Below, in pieces: positions 16,402 through 20,000 of a stretch of DNA of 20,000 bases. The stretch lies in the IMG/VR virus record IMGVR_UViG_3300034356_003109. One strand, 5' to 3'. Source of the stretch: an uncultured virus (IMG/VR IMGVR_UViG_3300034356_003109) (Duplodnaviria; Heunggongvirae; Uroviricota; Caudoviricetes). The notes beneath the pieces are model-generated. The model was not told the DNA's origin. It ran no database searches and saw only the letters and a list, made by a program, of their open reading frames with translations. Both the position numbers and the translations under genes were made by a program. How positions within the stretch are numbered: position 1 is the first letter of the stretch; each line of letters opens with the position of its first letter.

Positions 16402-17461
16402 CGCACTATCTTTCGGCAACGTATCTGTAAACATTCTTAGAGAATTGTTTAAAAAAAATATTGATTTAATATTTTTCCCTATCGGCGACAAGGCCGAAAT
16501 GGATGCTTATGATAAGATTGAACCTGATTTTGTAAAATATTTACAAGCAGCCACAAACGATAGGTACAGTAAAATTTCAAAAGATATTCCTTCTTTAAAA
16601 TTGTGGCATATTTTTGGCAGTGAAACTAGATATTCAAAGAATCAATCTTTGTTTACTTTTCACGAAGTCTCCGAAGTCACAAACATAGAAAAGAATTTAT
16701 TAAAATTACAAGACAATATCTTTGTAAGCTCTAATTACACCAAAAACATTTTCAATCTTAACGGATTAGACAATGTAACTCATGTGCCACTAGGTTTTGA
16801 CAACGACTTTCAAATAACCAATAAAACTTATTTACAAGATAAAATTCATTTCGGAATTCTAGGGAAGTTTGAAAATAGAAAAAATACCGCTCGCATCATA
16901 AAGTCTTGGCTTAAGCTTTTTGGTAATAAGCCAGAATACCAACTTAGCTGCGCGATCACCAATCCTTTCCTCGATAAAGCTAGATTCCAAAACGAACTAT
17001 TAAAAGTTTTAGAAGGAAAACAGTACAATAATTTAAACTTCGTCCCATACATGCAAACAAACAGCGAAGTCAATGACTATCTAAACAGCATAGATATCGA
17101 TCTTGGCGGATTGAGTGGAGCGGAAGGGTGGAATCTTCCATCATTCAACGCTACTGCGCTTGGCAAATGGAGTGTCGTTATAAATGCAACAGCGCATAAA
17201 GACTGGGCGACCAAGGATAATAGTATCCTAATAGAACCTTCTTCTCTAAAGGATTGTTATGATGATGTCTTCTTTAAGAAAGGGCAGTCCTTTAATCAAG
17301 GACAATTCTTTGATATTTCTGATCAAGAAATGGATGACGCTATTCTAAAGTCTTTATCTTATGCAAAAACACCAAATCCAGAAGGTTTAAAGCTTCAAAA
17401 ACAATTTACTTACCAAAAAACAGTTGAGACAATACTGTGTGCCATAAGTAGCCAGATGTGA
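16373..17461 (+). CDS. GT-B fold glycosyltransferase (GT4-like)
   Basis: VSSNY, VPLGFD, GKFENRK, SGAEGWNLPSF, TAHKDW. Confidence 0.8.
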   Translation: MKLLVNAPINALSFGNVSVNILRELFKKNIDLIFFPIGDKAEMDAYDKIEPDFVKYLQAATNDRYSKISKDIPSLKLWHIFGSETRYSKNQSLFTFHEVSEVTNIEKNLLKLQDNIFVSSNYTKNIFNLNGLDNVTHVPLGFDNDFQITNKTYLQDKIHFGILGKFENRKNTARIIKSWLKLFGNKPEYQLSCAITNPFLDKARFQNELLKVLEGKQYNNLNFVPYMQTNSEVNDYLNSIDIDLGGLSGAEGWNLPSFNATALGKWSVVINATAHKDWATKDNSILIEPSSLKDCYDDVFFKKGQSFNQGQFFDISDQEMDDAILKSLSYAKTPNPEGLKLQKQFTYQKTVETILCAISSQM

Positions 17462-17522
17462 CGCGTTATGTGTCATAAACGCTCTAAAGCGTCTTTAATG
17501 GCGTTTTAAACGCCACAAAAAG

Positions 17523-17539
17523 TTGGCACGATTCTTGCT
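17523..17539 (+). promoter_or_regulatory. sigma54 (-24/-12) promoter
   Basis: TTGGCACGATTCTTGCT is an exact match to YTGGCACGRNNNTTGCW, ending 15 nt before the Hsp20 ATG. Confidence 0.8.
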
Positions 17540-17554
17540 ACAGCATAAATAACT

Positions 17555-17833
17555 ATGTATAATAAACTAGTATATAAATATCAAGTAACAGAAGACGGTT
17601 TAACATTCAACGTCGAACTCGCTGGAAAATCTAAAGAAGATGTAAAAATCTTTAAGGAAGATTATTCTATAGCCATCAACGTTAATGATAATAAATACAG
17701 AATTAGCTATGAAGATTATATTCTAAGATCAAAATATGATTTTGATAATCCGAAAGCTAAGATGAAAAACGGCCTTTTAACCATCACCGTTCCACAAATT
17801 AAAAGAGCAGAAAAACAAATTGAAATAGAATAA
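17555..17833 (+). CDS. small heat shock protein (Hsp20/alpha-crystallin), minimal form
   Basis: VELAGKSKEDVKI and AKMKNGLLTITVP...KQIEIE (IxI motif). Confidence 0.88.
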   Translation: MYNKLVYKYQVTEDGLTFNVELAGKSKEDVKIFKEDYSIAINVNDNKYRISYEDYILRSKYDFDNPKAKMKNGLLTITVPQIKRAEKQIEIE

Positions 17834-17838
17834 ACAAA

Positions 17839-17871
17839 TAAAGCGCGATGAAAGTCGCGCTTTAATTTTTT
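17839..17871 (+). terminator. Rho-independent terminator
   Basis: TAAAGCGCGAT-GAAA-GTCGCGCTTTA followed by a T run, just after the Hsp20 stop. Confidence 0.85.
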
Positions 17872-17891
17872 CTACATATCATATAATAGAT

Positions 17892-18284
17892 ATGGTTTAT
17901 CAATTTAAGAATAAAAAGACTGGCAAAATCGTAGATATAGTTATGTCTATGAAAGATTATAAGCCATATCGCGGAGAAAGCGGTAATGACAATTTCTGGG
18001 AACGTATTTACGACGTACCGCAAGTAAATTTAGGAGACGCTAAAGTCGTCGATCCATTCGATAATAAAGCATTTGTAAATAAAACAGGAAATATGTCAGG
18101 AAAATACGGCGATCTTCTTGACTACTCTTCAGAACTTTCTGATAGAAGAGCGGCTTTGGCTGGTGGCGAAGATCCATTGAAGCGCAAATATTTTAATGAT
18201 TATAAGATAAAAACAAACGGAAAAAAGCATTTAAAAGATATGCCTAAAAAGATAGAAACCAAAGGGGCAACAATTGAATTTTAA
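17892..18284 (+). CDS. hypothetical protein (FmdB-like N-terminus lacking the Cys pair)
   Basis: 130 aa ORF, MVYQFKNKKTG..VD..MSM...WERIY..PQ; TATAAT 4 nt upstream. Confidence 0.65.
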   Translation: MVYQFKNKKTGKIVDIVMSMKDYKPYRGESGNDNFWERIYDVPQVNLGDAKVVDPFDNKAFVNKTGNMSGKYGDLLDYSSELSDRRAALAGGEDPLKRKYFNDYKIKTNGKKHLKDMPKKIETKGATIEF

Positions 18285-19384
18285 AGCAACCTTGCTGCGC
18301 CACTTATTCTCATTCCGTCTGTTTCAAAAATTTTAAATGAAAAACTAGATTGAAAATTCATATTTTCTCCTATTGATAAATCAAAAGACTGACTATCTAT
18401 TCTAGCGTTTAAAATTTCTACCCTTAAACCAGTTGCGCCATCATAGTTTTTTAAATTAAAAGTTAAATCGTAAGCGGTATCGTTATTAAAAATATTACTA
18501 AAATCACCTGTTACTGGTTCATCAAAAGTTCCATTAAAATTTACTGTACCAATTAATGGATACATTATTCTTTTATCATAAGGATAATTACTACCAAAAC
18601 CTAATAAATCTTTTCTTTCTATTGGAACGTCTATTTGTAAAGAAGATATTGTAGCTGGCACATCTCCAGAATACCTGACACCACCCATAAACGTTTGCGG
18701 TAATTGCAGAACTATATCTCCAGGTCTAATAGCATACGGTCTAGTAGCTTGATTTGATAGGTAATTTAATGGAGACATGTTGGCTCCGGTAAGCAAATAT
18801 TTTTCTGTTGATTTTGTTCCATTTGTTAAATTGATTGCCGGAACCTCACTTCCGTTCGCTCCAGTTCCATTATAAGTTTGAAACGTCATGTTTAAGCAAG
18901 AGAAAGAAGTAGAAACAGTTGGAACAGATCCAACTTCAGCAGATATAGAATAGTTAGTTAAAAAAGTATTACCTACTGCAAAAACATCATTGCCAACCAT
19001 ATTAGTTAAACTGTCGGCATCTTGAGCGTTAGTATCTGTTAATATAAAGAACAAATTCTTATCTTGACCAGAAATAGCCATGTTCTTTAAGAACGATTCA
19101 TTACCAGTAGCGTTCAATCCTAAAATTAACTCATTAGAGTTGTCAGAAACAAGGTATTTTAAATCTACAGATATTTCTGGAATAGTTATGTATTTTTCAA
19201 ATGCAAAATCAGAACTGCCGATTTGTTTTGGACGAGTAATTGGATTAGATACAGATATGCTGCTTGATTGAACTCTTTTTAATAATTTTAAAGATGCAAC
19301 ACCTGTTTGCCCAGTCCATGACGGCGAATCAGAAACTAAAACATCTGTTCCAGCATATATAACTCTGTTTCTAGTAATTGGCAT
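18281..19384 (-). CDS. putative virion structural protein, tail-tube-like
   Basis: 367 aa, Ser/Thr/Gly/Asn-rich with predicted beta strands. Apparent internal duplication (RVQSSSISVS..R..IGS / ISSLQIDVP..R..LLGFGS) is suggestive of tail tube proteins. Adjacent to a fibre gene. Confidence 0.55.
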   Translation of the reverse strand: MPITRNRVIYAGTDVLVSDSPSWTGQTGVASLKLLKRVQSSSISVSNPITRPKQIGSSDFAFEKYITIPEISVDLKYLVSDNSNELILGLNATGNESFLKNMAISGQDKNLFFILTDTNAQDADSLTNMVGNDVFAVGNTFLTNYSISAEVGSVPTVSTSFSCLNMTFQTYNGTGANGSEVPAINLTNGTKSTEKYLLTGANMSPLNYLSNQATRPYAIRPGDIVLQLPQTFMGGVRYSGDVPATISSLQIDVPIERKDLLGFGSNYPYDKRIMYPLIGTVNFNGTFDEPVTGDFSNIFNNDTAYDLTFNLKNYDGATGLRVEILNARIDSQSFDLSIGENMNFQSSFSFKIFETDGMRISGAARLL

Positions 19385-19393
19385 ATATATAGA

Positions 19394-19400
19394 TTACACT
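19394..19400 (-). promoter_or_regulatory. putative phage-specific (late) promoter motif AGTGTAA
   Basis: AGTGTAA 9 nt upstream of the ATG at 19384. Confidence 0.5.
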
Positions 19401-19453
19401 TTATACAACTTTATTTTTAAAAATAATAATTAAGAACATCAGGCGCAAATATA

Positions 19454-20000
19454 TTACTGATTCATCAACGTTTCTACATCTGATTTTAGCTGATCAATTT
19501 GTTTTTGCTGTTGTTTTGCAGCTTCTATTAAATAAGGAATTATTCGGCTATAATATAATGTTCTAGCGTCTTTAATCTCTTCATTCAATATCGAAGACTC
19601 AACAATTTCTGGAATTATTTTTTCGACGTCTTGCGCGATCAATCCCGGCATTAAAATATTTAACTTATATGCTTCTTGATCTATAGCATTAATAAACTCA
19701 TTCCATTCATATTGCACTCCTTGTAATTTTAATATTTTTTCTAATGCGTATGTCAAAGGGGTGATATTTTTTTTAAAACGAATATCACTAGACGATCCAC
19801 TCGTTCCGCTAGTTCCATTTTTTCCAGAAGATCCACTGGTCCCCGAAGATCCTGAAGTTCCATTAGATCCTGAAGTTCCATTAGCTCCAGAAGATCCACT
19901 GGTCCCCGAAGATCCTGGAGTTCCATTAGCTCCAGAAGATCCACTGGTCCCCGAAGATCCTGGAGTTCCATTAGCTCCAGAAGATCCACTGGTCCCCGAA
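19454..20000 (-). CDS. tail fibre/spike C-terminus: Gly-X-X repeat plus peptidase S74 intramolecular chaperone (5' partial)
   Basis: The frame of ORF 19454..19756 stays open to the window edge: ...SGTSGSSGANGTPG...GTSGSSSDIRFKKNITPLTYALEKILKLQGVQYEW...GLIAQDVEKIIPE...Y..IIPYLIEA.K followed by a coiled coil. Confidence 0.88.
   Translation of the reverse strand, partial: SGTSGSSGANGTPGSSGTSGSSGANGTPGSSGTSGSSGANGTSGSNGTSGSSGTSGSSGKNGTSGTSGSSSDIRFKKNITPLTYALEKILKLQGVQYEWNEFINAIDQEAYKLNILMPGLIAQDVEKIIPEIVESSILNEEIKDARTLYYSRIIPYLIEAAKQQQKQIDQLKSDVETLMNQ
19827..20000. repeat. 45-bp coding tandem repeat (encodes GANGTPGSSGTSGSS)
   Basis: Unit GAAGATCCACTGGTCCCCGAAGATCCTGGAGTTCCATTAGCTCCA at 19890 and 19935, partial at 19980, and a 63-bp variant at 19827. 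Confidence 0.9.

Noticed and set aside
1115..19271. Short overlapping ORFs in the track (1115, 2557, 3974, 4234, 4870, 5474, 6026, 6272, 10682, 15194, 15408, 16846, 19080)
   Set aside because: They are antisense or alternate-frame shadows lying largely within well-supported genes, with no recognisable motifs.
18281..19384. Apparent enrichment of N-x-S/T sequons in the tail-tube-like protein
   Set aside because: About 10 sequons among roughly 32 Asn in a Ser/Thr-rich protein is not clearly above chance.
19753..19989. 78-aa ORF with repeating MDLLELMELQDLRGP
   Set aside because: Out-of-frame shadow of the 45-bp repeat; the Gly-X-X frame is continuous with the S74 domain.
19827..20000. Repeats as a CRISPR array
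   Set aside because: Units are contiguous, with no unique spacers, and keep a coding frame.
1..20000. Stop-codon reassignment, introns or inteins
   Set aside because: Genes are full-length and densely tiled under the standard code, TAA/TGA/TAG all act as stops, and nrdJ has normal length with no intein motifs.

Overview
A 20 kb segment of a large AT-rich tailed bacteriophage; the phage call is inferred from gene content and layout. No tRNA, rRNA, CRISPR array or transposase was seen. From left to right: a partial RecA/UvsX-like recombinase; an operon of hypothetical, probably head-associated proteins (766-2771); a tiny histone-H1-like basic peptide; a SAM methyltransferase; and a class II (B12-dependent) ribonucleotide reductase. 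Next is a tightly coupled ~9 kb glycan-biosynthesis operon (5690-14730): Gmd, a GDPD-like protein, a RuBisCO-like protein, a nucleotidyltransferase, a cupin, an FkbM methyltransferase, a WavE-like protein, WecB and several glycosyltransferases. A divergent block follows, with a repeat-rich origin-like intergenic region, dNMP kinase, a phage sigma factor, a GT-B glycosyltransferase and Hsp20 behind a consensus sigma54 promoter. The window ends with a tail-tube-like gene and the 3' end of a Gly-X-X fibre carrying a peptidase S74 chaperone. The main novelty candidate is a non-carboxylating RuBisCO-like enzyme embedded in a viral sugar-nucleotide module. Secondary candidates are three apparent promoter classes (sigma70 leaderless, sigma54, and a phage-specific AGTGTAA motif) and two unannotated small ORFs. 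All family assignments come from motif recognition, not database searches.
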